Shown here: one piece after another, positions 1-10,166 of the stretch
How positions within the stretch are numbered: the stretch's first letter is position 1
Layout of the letters: every line of letters begins with the position of its first letter
Origin: Vicugna vicugna
Taxonomy: Eukaryota
NCBI GenBank assembly: GCA_013265495.1
Contig: MU058213.1
Coordinates: 4,984,854-5,048,853, forward strand
DNA length: 64,000 bases
Direction: 5' to 3'
Program-made: the position numbers and the translations under genes
Notes under the pieces: generated by a model
Database searches by the model: none
The model's input: the letters and a program-made list of their open reading frames with translations, nothing else
Told to the model about the DNA's origin: nothing

Positions 1-8
1 TTGAGCTC

Positions 9-390
9 TGTATTAGCCAGCGTTCTCCAGAGAAACAGATCCAATAGTGTGCACTCACGTGTGTGTTTGTAGATAGATAATCACATCAGCCATTATCAGA
101 GAGATTCATTTTAAGAAATTGGCTCACATGATTATCACTGCCAGGTAGGCCAGCAGATTAGAGACCCAGGAACTTGCAGCTGAAGTCTGAAGGCCGTCTG
201 CTGGCCCAATTCCTTCTTGCTCGGGTGAGGTCAATCTTTGTTCTCCTAAGGGCTTCAACTGATTGGATGAGGCCCACCCACAATATGGAGGCAGTCTGCT
301 TTACTCAAAGTCCACTGACTTGAATGTTAACCTCACCTAAAAAAAACACCTCCACAGAAACAGCTAGAATAATGTTTGACTAAATTTCTT
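9..390 (-). mobile_element. MLT2-type (ERVL) LTR fragment
   Basis: Starts TGTATTAGCCAGCGTTCTCCAGAGAAACAG and includes GATTGGATGAGGCCCACCCACA and AATAATGTTTGAC, hallmark segments of reverse-oriented MLT2 LTRs; boundaries approximate. Confidence 0.8.
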
Positions 391-982
391 TACTGGCTAA
401 GCCTCTTGGTTACCGACTAGAAAACTAGACAGTTGGTGCATTGGTTGTTCAGAATTCAGATTTGCATTACGACAACTTGAAGTCCTAAGCTCTGTTGTGT
501 AAAAGATTCTATCCCATACCACTGAAAATATCTTCACAGTAATTATGGTTAATGTTTATATTAAAAGCTTAAGATTTGTATATATAAAAGGGACATTTCA
601 TTAAGAGGAAGAGGAATATGGGGGCAAGGCGAAGAGAAAAATATGAGAGATTCCATCAATTAGTACCTGCTATATGCATTAGGGGAGACAGAAGTACAAA
701 TATAGCTCCTCAACAGAATTCTGACTTCACAATTTTGTTCGAAACGAAATCGCCATGCACAACACAACTGGAGAAGCATTACGGGTTCTAAGCACTATAG
801 TTGTTATGCTCAAAGAGCAATTTGGGTTGGAATAATCTAAGAAGGCTCAGGGAGGAGGTGAGACCTGAGCTAAGGTTTATAATGGGCTGGGGGAAAAGGG
901 ACAGCCTTCCACAAAAGCAAAACAGCAGGCGGGGTGGTGGGGGGCAAAATTCTGAGGCTTGAAAGAAAAGCATCCTTGCTTT

Positions 983-1626
983 TGAGACAGAAACGAAGGG
1001 GACAAGGCAAACCATTCAAGAAACGACACAGCAATTGACACCAATGTGGCGTAAAATTCAACTCCCAACAGGCCTTGAGGCCCAAAATGGCAGGAGATTT
1101 GACTTCTAATAGACCTTGAGCTTCATTATACTTCATTATACACTCATTGTAATACATGAACATGGTAAATGACACACCCACAGGTGCCATGACAGTCCCG
1201 AGGCTAACCATAAAAGGTCAAAAAGTGGGCAGTGGCCCAATTCCTGAGAATCCTAGGCCCTTCCCCTAAAGTAGGTGGAGTAATTCTCCCACTTGTTAGC
1301 AATACAAAGCTACTGAGCCCATAAAAACTTGCAACACTGTGCCTCTTGGCCTCTTGCTCCCCCACCTTCCAAAATGGTCCGCTTGTCTATGGAGTATATC
1401 TACTGAGTACCCAACCCCTACACCTCATGGCCTTTCTCTTGCCTTCTGAAAATGCCTGCACTCTGTCTATGGAGTATGTATCTTTTTGAACAAATAAATC
1501 TACCTTTACTCAACTGGGGCTCGCTCTTGAATTCTTTCCTGCATGAAGCCAAGGACCCACATTGACGGGACACATCGCAGGGACTCAACTGAGACCTGGG
1601 ATACGGCTATCCTCTCTCCCGCGTCA
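983..1626 (+). mobile_element. Solo ERV1 LTR, MER41-like (artiodactyl type)
   Basis: TG (983) ... CA (1626) termini flanked by 4-bp TSD CTTT (979-982, 1627-1630); MER41-like blocks ACACACCCACAGGTGCCATGACAG, TGTCTATGGAGTA (twice), TTGAATTCTTTCCTGC; AATAAA at 1493-1498. Confidence 0.8.
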
Positions 1627-2249
1627 CTTTGAGGGCACCTGTGGCCCAGGATCAGAAGGGGTTCAGTACTGTGGGGGAAATAAAGGCCTTCAGCTGTGGT
1701 CAGGGAACGGGATGAGGAAGGCTCCAGGGGAGCTTGCCAGGGAACAGCCACCTGACATGGGCTTTACTCAAGTATTTCTCATTTAGCTAGGGCTGGAGCA
1801 GGTTACTGAAATCCTTAGGCTTCAAAGCAGAGCTTATTTGAGAATTTTGATACATTAATTAATCTGATCAGAATGGATTAGATTGCAATGATACAGACAT
1901 AGCTGCAACTATGCTCCCTAAAATAGCTTCAGATTTTATCTACAGATTCTGTCTGATTGGGAGGGAACTGTCTCTTGTTTATTATAGCACCTTACATAGG
2001 ATTCAGAAAATGCAAATTTTCCATATCAGAGAAGAGGGGTTTCTGATGTTGGAGTTTATGGGGTCTTTTAAATCTCCCAACTGATGTCTATTGTGACTCC
2101 AGCATGCTTCCTGGTATCTCCTCGGGGACACAGCTCTCCAGGCTGAACTATAAAGAAAAGGTAAGGGTTAGGTGTGATGCTTACTAGACTGCTTTCCCCA
2201 ACAGCCTAAAAAACTTTCTAACAATTTGGAAGAAGGGGATTTTCAAATT

Positions 2250-2390
2250 GGTGTGGTAGAAAGAGCAGCTGGACATCTGAGTTTAAAATCTGGTGCTGTC
2301 ACTTACTAGTTTTGTGCCCTGGGGAAACTTGCTTCAGCTTTTGTGCCTCCGTTTTTCTATAAGCAAAATTGGGAACTGAGGGAGAGGTTC
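2250..2390 (+). mobile_element. MIR SINE fragment
   Basis: TCACTTACTAGTTTTGTGCCCTGGGGAAAC...TGTGCCTCCGTTTTTCTAT resembles the MIR core. Confidence 0.6.
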
Positions 2391-3065
2391 TCAACTGGCT
2401 TGTACAGCACCTCCCACCCCCATCACCCCTTGTGGGTCTTTGGAAGCGTGTGTGTTGGGTGGGGGTGCGTTTGGATTGTTATGAGGACTCGGGAATGCCA
2501 AAGCTACTACTGGACTGAAGCCAAACACCAAATGTCTTGCAGTGCCTGAAGGAGTGCCGCAAATGAAGAAAAGCCCCGCTCCCACTGCCATAAAGCCCAT
2601 TACGAAACGCCGATGGTCACTGAGGATCCTTCCAACTTTAACATTTGAGGGCTTCTAAGCCTTGGGCTGGGCGGGCCACGCCATAGGCCGGCGCTTCCCG
2701 TGCGCCGACCGGCACATTCCCCTAGCCTCACCACTGGGCAACTCATCACTCAGGTTTCCACTTACGTTTCACTTCTCAGAGATACCTTCTCTGTAGCCCA
2801 CATCCATCTTAAAATTGCATTGTTTTCCTCGGTAGGCTCCTTCAGGGCAGGGGCCGGGGCACTCACTACTTTCTGAATAAACACGTGAAGAGCGGATGCA
2901 CAGAAAAAAGACAGCTCGCAAGCGCGCCCGGCCGGCACGTGACGTCACCCCGAAACTCGCGTCCCCTCCCGCCCCTCTGGTCCCCACCTCCTCCCTGTCT
3001 GTGTTTGTTTCCGGCGTTTCAATAAAGCTCGATTCGGCTAGAAGAAGACCTGTCCTTCCGGGAAA

Positions 3066-3293
3066 ATGGCGGCTCCCGCTCGTGCCCCGGAGGCCCCGCC
3101 GGCCGCGGATCCGGCGCCAGCAGCGGGGGCTGCCGAGGACGCCGAGTGCCCGCCGCCTCGCCAGCCTCAGCCCCCGCAGAATGTCCTCGCTGCCCCGCGG
3201 CTTCGAGCCCCAAGCTCCCGAGGACTTGGGGCAGCGGAGTTTGGCGGAGCTGCGGGAGATGTTGAGGCGCCAGGAGAGACTTTCGCGCAACGT
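3066..3293 (+). CDS. POLR2M: Alternative-frame overlapping ORF of POLR2M, part 1 (GRINL1A isoform 4/5-type protein; [12 protein letters not shown]...GETFAQR, 76 codons)
   Basis: ATG 3066 in strong Kozak (AAAATGG); 228 nt open to the exon 1 donor at 3293; closely resembles the recalled human alternative-frame GRINL1A protein (MATPARAPESPP...GETFAQR). Confidence 0.75.
3181..3293 (+). CDS. POLR2M: Gdown1 (DNA-directed RNA polymerase II subunit GRINL1A), coding exon 1
   Basis: ATG 3181, [37 protein letters not shown] matches the Gdown1 N-terminus; donor GT|GTAAGC with intron starting at 3294 (phase 2). Confidence 0.96.
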
Positions 3294-4429
3294 GTAAGCG
3301 TGGGTCCCGCGAGTCACCGCCGGGCTCCTTGGGTTCGGGCTCCCCGGGACGCGTCCTCCCTTCCTCCCCTCCCACCTTACGCCCCCCACCTCACCCCTAA
3401 CCCCGTTCTCTTACCTGGAAGGTGACCTTGCTTCAGGCGGGTCCGCTCCAGGCGCGCGGGCCAGCGGCCGGCCTGCAGCCGCAGAGCCGACCCCTTCCGG
3501 CCGGACACCGACCACCTGCGGGATGGCTTCCGTGCTGACCAGCTGCGGAGCATTTCAGCTCGTCAGCTCCTCGTGGTTTTACTTATTCAGCTCCTGTGTC
3601 GGTTTTCTGAAGGGAAGATCTGTATCCCAAATTCTTTTGTGCCCCCCTCCCCCCGCAGTCGTGCCCCAAACATCTTGTCAATTTCATTTCTAGACCCTAT
3701 TTTTACAGAAACCTAGGACATGGGAAGAGTGGGATAAAAGAGGGGTTTATTAGGCAAAGAAAGTTTGACTCACACTCAGCTGGTGGACTTCACGGATTTT
3801 ACCGGGGGATCGATATAATGAAAATGATTTTTCAGGAAGCTTATTTTAGCAGGTTGGTGCAGGATAGTTGGAAGGGAAAAGAGGCAGAAGACGGTAGGAG
3901 GATATTTTCAGAGATGTTCCCAACAAGGGGATTTTTAAAAAGTGAACTAGAAGGGTGGTTGTGGGATTGGGAAAACTGCATCAGGTGTGGACTAATTTGA
4001 ACATGTAGTTGAGAGACGGCTGAAGTTTCTAGACCGCGTGGAGCACCACTAATAAAAATAGGAAGGCTGGGGGAGGGGAATAGGTCCCAGGTTGACTTCA
4101 CTTAGGCGAACTGATTTGATGGGAGAGTTAATTATTATCTAGTTAAAAGCTGGAGAAGTGATCCCGAGGCTCAAGAGAGAAGAGAAGGCTGGGAATATAC
4201 ACGCATCTCAGTTGGAGAGGGAGAGTAATAGTTGAAATTGGGGAAATGATTGTAGTGTCAGAAAGAATAGAAAGCCTGAGATGGAACCTTCCCTATTTAT
4301 TGTGTAGTTAAAGAAAAGAAAATCAGAAAAGGAACTTCTATCACTCAGACAAAAGGGCAAATCATCATTTGGGGGCTTCCTGGTAGAGCCAGCTGTTTTG
4401 CCTTTGTGAGAATGGGTTTTTGATCTGTA

Positions 4430-4783
4430 GGCGTTAGTTAACTTTTGGTCTCAGGACTCCTTTTACTCTTAAGATTTAATTGAGCATCCCAAAGAGCTCT
4501 TGTCTTATGTGTGTTTTATCTACTGATGTTTATCATTGTCTTAGGAATTACAAGTGAGAATCTTTAAAACAAAAGATTACCCAAGTACATACTTTCTGTT
4601 AGCCATCAGAGCAGTGATGTTGTTATATAACGTGTAGCTTCTGGAAAACTTCTCTGTACTCCTGTAAGAAAATAAGAAATGGCAAATAATGTCTTAGTTT
4701 TGTTATAAAAATAGTTTTGACCTTGCAGATCCCTCCATTCCCCTCCCCAGGAAAGCCTTTGAGATCACACTTTTAAAACTGCT
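4430..4783 (-). mobile_element. hAT-Charlie MITE (MER102-like) in intron 1
   Basis: AACTTTTGGTCTCAGGACTCCTTTTACTCTTAA...GTAGCTTCTGGAAAACT...AAAATAGTTTTGACCTTGCAG matches the recalled MER102-type consensus in reverse. Confidence 0.65.
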
Positions 4784-5054
4784 GATTTTTGGAATGTCAT
4801 ATATGTTTAAAATACTTTTGTTGAAATTCTAATTAGATGAGACAGATGAGGCCTATTCCCTATTTTTCCTGCAGCCCCTTGTATTTTGAGGGGTATTTGG
4901 ATAATGATTCTGTTGTTTTATTTCTCTTTTGGGGTACTTGGAAATCACATTTTTGACTGTTTCCTCTCCCTTTGAGAATTATGCTTTGTCTTGATATCTC
5001 AAGTTTAAAAACATGGCTCTCTCTTATGTATACATGTTCTTTTCCTTTTGCCAG

Positions 5055-5087
5055 AAAATTCATTTGCAAATTGCCCGACAAAGGTAA
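5055..5087 (+). CDS. POLR2M: Alternative-frame overlapping ORF of POLR2M, part 2 ([14 protein letters not shown])
   Basis: Splicing 3293 to 5055 continues the 3066 frame: AAA ATT CAT TTG CAA ATT GCC CGA CAA AGG TAA, giving 86 aa in total; the same C-terminal decapeptide is recalled for the human isoform. Confidence 0.72.
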   Translation, partial: KIHLQIARQR

Positions 5088-5702
5088 AAAGATCTTAGAC
5101 TCTGTCGCCAAACTGAAAGCTGCCATTACAGAGCGTGAAGAAATTCAAGGAAGAAGTGGACTCTTGCATCCCGTTAGTTTAGACTGTAAACAGAGGCAGA
5201 AGGCAGTTGCATTTGTTGATGTGGACACAGAAAAGGCCCAGAACTCTGACCAGATACTTGATACTTCATCACTAGTTCCTGGCTGTTCCTCTGTAGCTAA
5301 CGTCACGCCATCTCAGACAACCTCACGACAGCAGGAACCTGTCCATCCTCCCCGCAGAGGCAATGCAGAGGCCCCCGAGGTTGAGTTCACGGTGAGCAAG
5401 TGCCCAGCTTCGGGCAGCAGAGCTACCACACCTCCCTCGGCCGAAGCTCGTGCGCCTCTCCCTCAGCATCGTGTTGCTGGTCAAGCGGAGGATAGTTCTA
5501 GCAGCTCTGACAACCAGTTTATTGATAGATTACAAAGGATCACGATTGCAGACTCAAGTGAACACCGCTCAGAAGAAAACACGAGTACTGAGAACTTGAC
5601 TGGCCTTCAGAGCGAGCCACAGAGGAAGCCTCATTACATGGAAGTGCTAGAAATTCGAGCCAAAAACCCCCTGCCCCCACCACATAAATTTAAAACCAAT
5701 GT
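5055..5702 (+). CDS. POLR2M: Gdown1 coding exon 2
   Basis: Acceptor TTCTTTTCCTTTTGCCAG (AG 5053-5054); encodes [13 protein letters not shown]...[12 protein letters not shown]...KPHYMEVLE...KFKTN; donor GT|GTAAGT with intron starting at 5703; 648 nt, phase 2/2. Confidence 0.97.
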
Positions 5703-7049
5703 GTAAGTACATCGGCCACAGAAGCATACTACTTGTTAAACTCTGGACCATGTGTGAGAACTGCCTGCGGTTAGCAATGAGCAGATTGTGGAAACTCTAG
5801 CCTGGCTGGAGCAGAGGGGTCATGTTGAGAAATGCTGTAGTTTTTTAGCCAAATAATTGAAAAACTTTTAAATAGCAGCTAGAGTATTAAATTTCAGGAT
5901 ACTTGGGCGATATTTCATATTAAACAGAGAATTTATTCTGATTTTTTCCCAGAACCATTTTCTGCTATATTGCTCCCCCTTTGATGAGAATTTCAGCTAA
6001 GGGGAAAACGGTTGCAGGAGCTGATGGACTTTCTCAGCAAAAAATATTTGTGTGTACGCTGTACGTGGGCAGCTGGTGCCGTGGCGACACAGAAGTAAAG
6101 ATTCTGCTCCTCATAGAGTTTAGGACCTAGATGAGGACCCAAGTCTTACATAGCTGGAAGAACATTAAACTGTATAATCATTTTAGGGGGAGGGAGCTGA
6201 GAAGGGGTTAAAAACCTGAAAACATCTGGGCCGGGACTGGGCTGGGGGTAGGAAATTAACCCTGCTTCTAAGTTCTGAGTCATAGTTTTATTTCTGACAT
6301 ATTCAGGAAAACAAAAGCTATCCGAAGAGAAAAGAGAAATGCAAATAGAACACCCAAGTGAGGGAGTAGATTTACAAAAATGTAACACCAGATACAAGTC
6401 TAACCACTGTGCCTTTCTTTGAAAAATGAAAGTCTACAGTTAAAAATACCTAAAACCAATTTTTATTCTTATAGAGACTTTCAAGTTTAATTCTCTTACC
6501 ATTATTTTTTTAATCTCAAAATTATTTCTCCCACATAGAAAATGAGGATTATATTACATTAATTTTTGGTTAGGAATAAAAGGGAATCTTTAAGTAATGG
6601 CTTGTGTGTAGTGAGGTATCTTTCCTTACTTCTAGGTAGACCAAAAGCCAGAATCATCATCTAGTCAACACATAAAACAGAAAATACTGACCCCAGTTCT
6701 GTGTTGTGGTCTTTTAGCTGGGAGTGGGAGGAGGTAAAGGAATGCCAGTGAGGGTTAGCAAGGGAAGGTCTACAAGAGACAGACAGACACTTGGGTGCAG
6801 TTATCGGTAAAGCCTGGGCCTTGATGGGTCGGTAGGCCTTGGACAAATGGAGGTTGGAGGGTGGGATGCGGTGGTGTCCTTTGGCTCCTTTTCGGCTCTT
6901 CCTTTGGCCTCTCCTACATGCTCTTCTAGATGCAGGAAGCTGCCCCTCGTCTACTTCTAGCCTGGTCTTCCCAGAACTTCAGATTTGCACGTCCAGTTCC
7001 CTGTGAAGCCTGACCATGCGGGGCTGTTCTGTGGCACCTTAGGCCTATC

Positions 7050-7716
7050 ACGTGCAATGCAGAACTCATTTCTTCCCGAACTACTTTCTCCCCTATCCCC
7101 TAAATGAAGAGTGCCACCACCTCCTTTCTTTCCCTCATTTCTACCTCTGCTTGCCACGAGGACCTACACAGCTGATTTCCTGGACCTTCACCTCCCATTA
7201 TTCCTGGGTTCATCCTCTCTCCTATGAAGGTGAAGGCTATTATCCCTCTCTTGGGCTGTAGTTGTGGTTGGTCCTGGCCTAGTCTTAACTCCACTGGTCC
7301 ATCCTCTCCACTGCTGCCAGAGTGCAGTTTGCAGACTGTAAAGCTGAACCTGTTCATAGACATCTTCACAGTGGGCTGGACCCAGCCTGCTCCCCAGCCT
7401 CCTCCCACTGCCTGTCCTGTAGTCCCCACCCCTGCTTCCCGTGCGCCGCAGCGGGTCCCCTCGCACCCGCCGCTGGGATGCCCTTCTCCCCTCATTTCCT
7501 GAATACTTACTATTCCAAAACTCCTCAAAGTGCACTCTTGAAGCTCTTCTGACAACCTCCCCCTGTCCTATTCCAACTGGGTGTTCCCTTTTTTTTGTTC
7601 CAGCATACCCTGTGTGGGCCCGTGTCGTGGTCCCTGTGATATGATACTGCACTGAGGGCTGACAAGTTTATTTCCCTCTGCTGGGCAGTAAGCCCCTTAG
7701 CAAATGTTTTTGAATG
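7050..7716 (+). mobile_element. L2 LINE 3' fragment in intron 2
   Basis: Pyrimidine-rich degenerate L2-like body ending in the typical tail AGCAAATGTTTTTGAATGAA. Confidence 0.55.
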
Positions 7717-8033
7717 AAAAAATAAAAACAGGTTTCAGTTCAAGTATAAGCTTTGAAGAGAGAAGGGAAAGACTCCTACTTGTTAGAACAACGAAATGTC
7801 AAATTACTCTCCAAAAACGTGCCAGTTGCAGTAGTTCTGTTTTTGAGGTAAATATGTTAGAAAAAGGACCAAGTTTTATCTACACAGGTAAATAGTGGTA
7901 CAGTGCTTACTGTCACCTTTGTAGAAGAATTAACTGCTCAGGTTACAGGCCACTTTCGTGTGTGCGAATGTTGCGAAGGTGTCTGTGTAAGGAAACCAGT
8001 CTGATGGTGTGACGGAAGTTTTCCCCCCTCCAG

Positions 8034-8238
8034 GTTACCTTCACAGCAGCACGACTGGTCGAGTCACTGTCAGAGGCGAGGGTCTCCTGTTTGCTCAGAG
8101 GAGAGGCGGCTCAGGGACAGGAAGCACCTTGATGACATCACAGCAGCCCGGCTCCTGCCGCTCCACCATCTGCCTGCACAGCTGCTCTCCATAGAGGAGT
8201 CTCTGGCACTTCAGAAACAGCAGAAACAGAGCTATGAG
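8034..8238 (+). CDS. POLR2M: Gdown1 coding exon 3
   Basis: Acceptor TTTTCCCCCCTCCAG (AG 8032-8033); encodes [68 protein letters not shown]; donor GAG|GTATTT; 205 nt. Confidence 0.97.
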
Positions 8239-10019
8239 GTATTTAGAGGATTGGTTGTGTCTTGTCTGCATGTCAGATGCGGCTTACATGAGTCCGAACT
8301 TATTCCTGGAGGTTCAGGGAGAGCAGGGTTTAGTAGACTGCACGAGGTGCTAGAGATGTGGGCATCTGTGCATGCCATGAGCTCTCAGATGTGTGCCTCT
8401 AGCTTGCAGTCTTGAGGATGCTGGCACTGTAGGAAACGGTCCAGCTGCCTGTGACACCAAAGTGGTGTTTGCTGGGAAATGTGCAGAGACCACTGTGAAA
8501 TTTCATGGCTCTGAAAAGCCAGACCGTCAGGTAGCAGTAGCATCGCTTTTTGGTCTTCCACCTTGAGAAACCTGCGTGAGAACGTGTCAGTGGTGACGTT
8601 TAACCTGGAACCCTGCTAAGAGTCAGGGCAGTGTGGTTTCCAGGCTCCAGTCTCCTGTGGTACCGAGGAGACCATGAGATGGGTGGGAAGTGGTGTGTTG
8701 TCAACAGACAGCTGGACACTAAGCTTAACAGCAAATCTGCGGGCCCTTGTGAAGACAGAAGAATCTCTTACTTTCGTTCACTGAATCAGTTTTGGAGCGT
8801 TTTCTTCACGATCTGTGTGTTCTGCATAGAACTTTAAATGTGTAAGTTGACAGTTTGTGTACAGGGTAATGGGATGACAGAAGGTAAGTGAGGACCACTG
8901 AGAGAAAAGAAAGGGTCTGATTTTCTTAGGCAGCGATCATTTGAGCCTCCAGGAAAACAGCTGCCAGACCTAATGCTGCTTGGCTAGGCTTTAATCGGGT
9001 ACTGTAAACACCAGTGAATGCAGACCTAGCTTGTTATTCTGCCTGGGCTTTTCATAGAAGCCCAGGTAGCACGGATGGGCATTTTTAAGGCCTTCCTTTT
9101 TAAAAGCCATTTTTCTTCCTCTCAGTGCATTGAAGTTATTGCCTAGTTGTCACTGAGCCTGGAGGAATTGTTTTTTAAATTGTCTATGTGGCCTTCAGTG
9201 TCTGTCCTGAGATATTCGTAGGCTGAATTAAACCCTTCAGTTTGAAATTGGTTTCCCTGGCAGAGTGGTAGTGGTAGCAGCAGCTCCCACTTCAGTCCCA
9301 CCTACCCACACTGCCCGTGGCCCGAGGGCAGGGACAGGAACAAGCTCAGGTGGTCTGGGGGCAGCATGGGCAAGGCGAGGAGCCGGGTCAGGAATGAGCA
9401 CCGCCACCCGCCATCAGCTGGTGACGATGTCCTTGGGTGTATATACGCACATTGCCAGTGTCTGAAACTTAACTGAACTTTTGACTGCATGGTAATATTC
9501 ATGGGAGTTAACTTGAAGAGTGACAATCAGTTTTTAGTGTTAATTCTTTGATTTTCATTGTGGTGTCGAAATGTACCTCTCAGGCCTAGAAGCCATGATT
9601 TAATCCAGGGAGAAAGATTCTTCCCCTTGGAGAATCAGTATAGCATTGGTGATTTTTGACATTTGACAGTTGAAATTGTTCTGTAAGTTTGTACATACAG
9701 ATCAGGTGCCCACATACTTGAAAATGTGTCTGTATTTATAACCATTGAAGTGCCAAGCTGATGACTCAGTTTCTCCTGTAGAGGTGGGATGTTTCGGTGC
9801 ACATTGTTTATGGCTGCAAGTCTGTCACCACCGCCACAGCAGGCTCGTAGCTCTCCCCAGCCTTGCCCTGTGGTGTCTGTGGTGGGCGCAGTGCTGTAGA
9901 GAGCGCCCAGTAGAGCAGAAAGCCCCTTTAATTCGAGTCTGTTCCAGTGACTTCCCATTGAAAAATTGTAGGGATAAGATGCGCATGTGTAACTTTCTGC
10001 TTTGCTTTCTGTTTTAAAG

Positions 10020-10166
10020 GAGATGCAAGCCAAGCTGGCAGCACAAAAATTAGCTGAAAGACTGAATATTAAAATGCAGAGCTATAATCCAGAAGGAGAA
10101 TCTTCTAGGAAATACCGAGAAGTAAGGGATGAGGGTGACGATCGGTCCTCGGATGATGAATTCTGA
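10020..10166 (+). CDS. POLR2M: Gdown1 coding exon 4 (terminal)
   Basis: Acceptor TTTCTGTTTTAAAG (AG 10018-10019); [51 protein letters not shown] at 10164-10166; spliced CDS 1113 nt = 370 aa. Confidence 0.97.
   Translation, partial: EMQAKLAAQKLAERLNIKMQSYNPEGESSRKYREVRDEGDDRSSDDEF

Larger units (their letters stand above)
2660..3570 (+). promoter_or_regulatory. CpG-island promoter of POLR2M
   Basis: High GC and CpG density spanning exon 1; CACGTG at 2882-2887 and 2936-2941; full CRE TGACGTCA at 2940-2947; ETS-like TTCCGG near 3009 and 3056; YY1 motif AAAATGGCGGC at 3063-3073. Confidence 0.9.

Noticed and set aside
2896..3180. In-frame upstream ATG giving a 95-aa N-terminal extension of Gdown1 (ORF 2896..3297)
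   Set aside because: It lies upstream of the E-box/CRE promoter elements, so probably 5' of the TSS; the Arg/Pro-rich translation is typical of open CpG-island sequence, and the known Gdown1 N-terminus starts at 3181
2769..3389. 206-aa and 118-aa antisense ORFs over the promoter and exon 1
   Set aside because: Expected by-product of GC-rich, stop-poor sequence; low complexity and no recognisable domain
3294..3425. Intron-1 read-through of the alternative frame (119-aa ORF)
   Set aside because: Beyond the donor the peptide no longer resembles the recalled human longer isoform and it stops at 3425, so only the spliced 86-aa form is supported
4972..5054. N-terminal part of the 244-aa ORF 4972..5706
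   Set aside because: Intronic polypyrimidine tract that is open by chance; the real exon starts after the AG at 5054
9264..9430. GC-rich patch in intron 3 after a TTTCCCTGGCAG acceptor-like site, as a possible cassette exon or retrocopy fragment
   Set aside because: Only a weak donor (CAG|GTGGTC), would shift the frame, and has no recognisable homology; cannot be supported without RNA data
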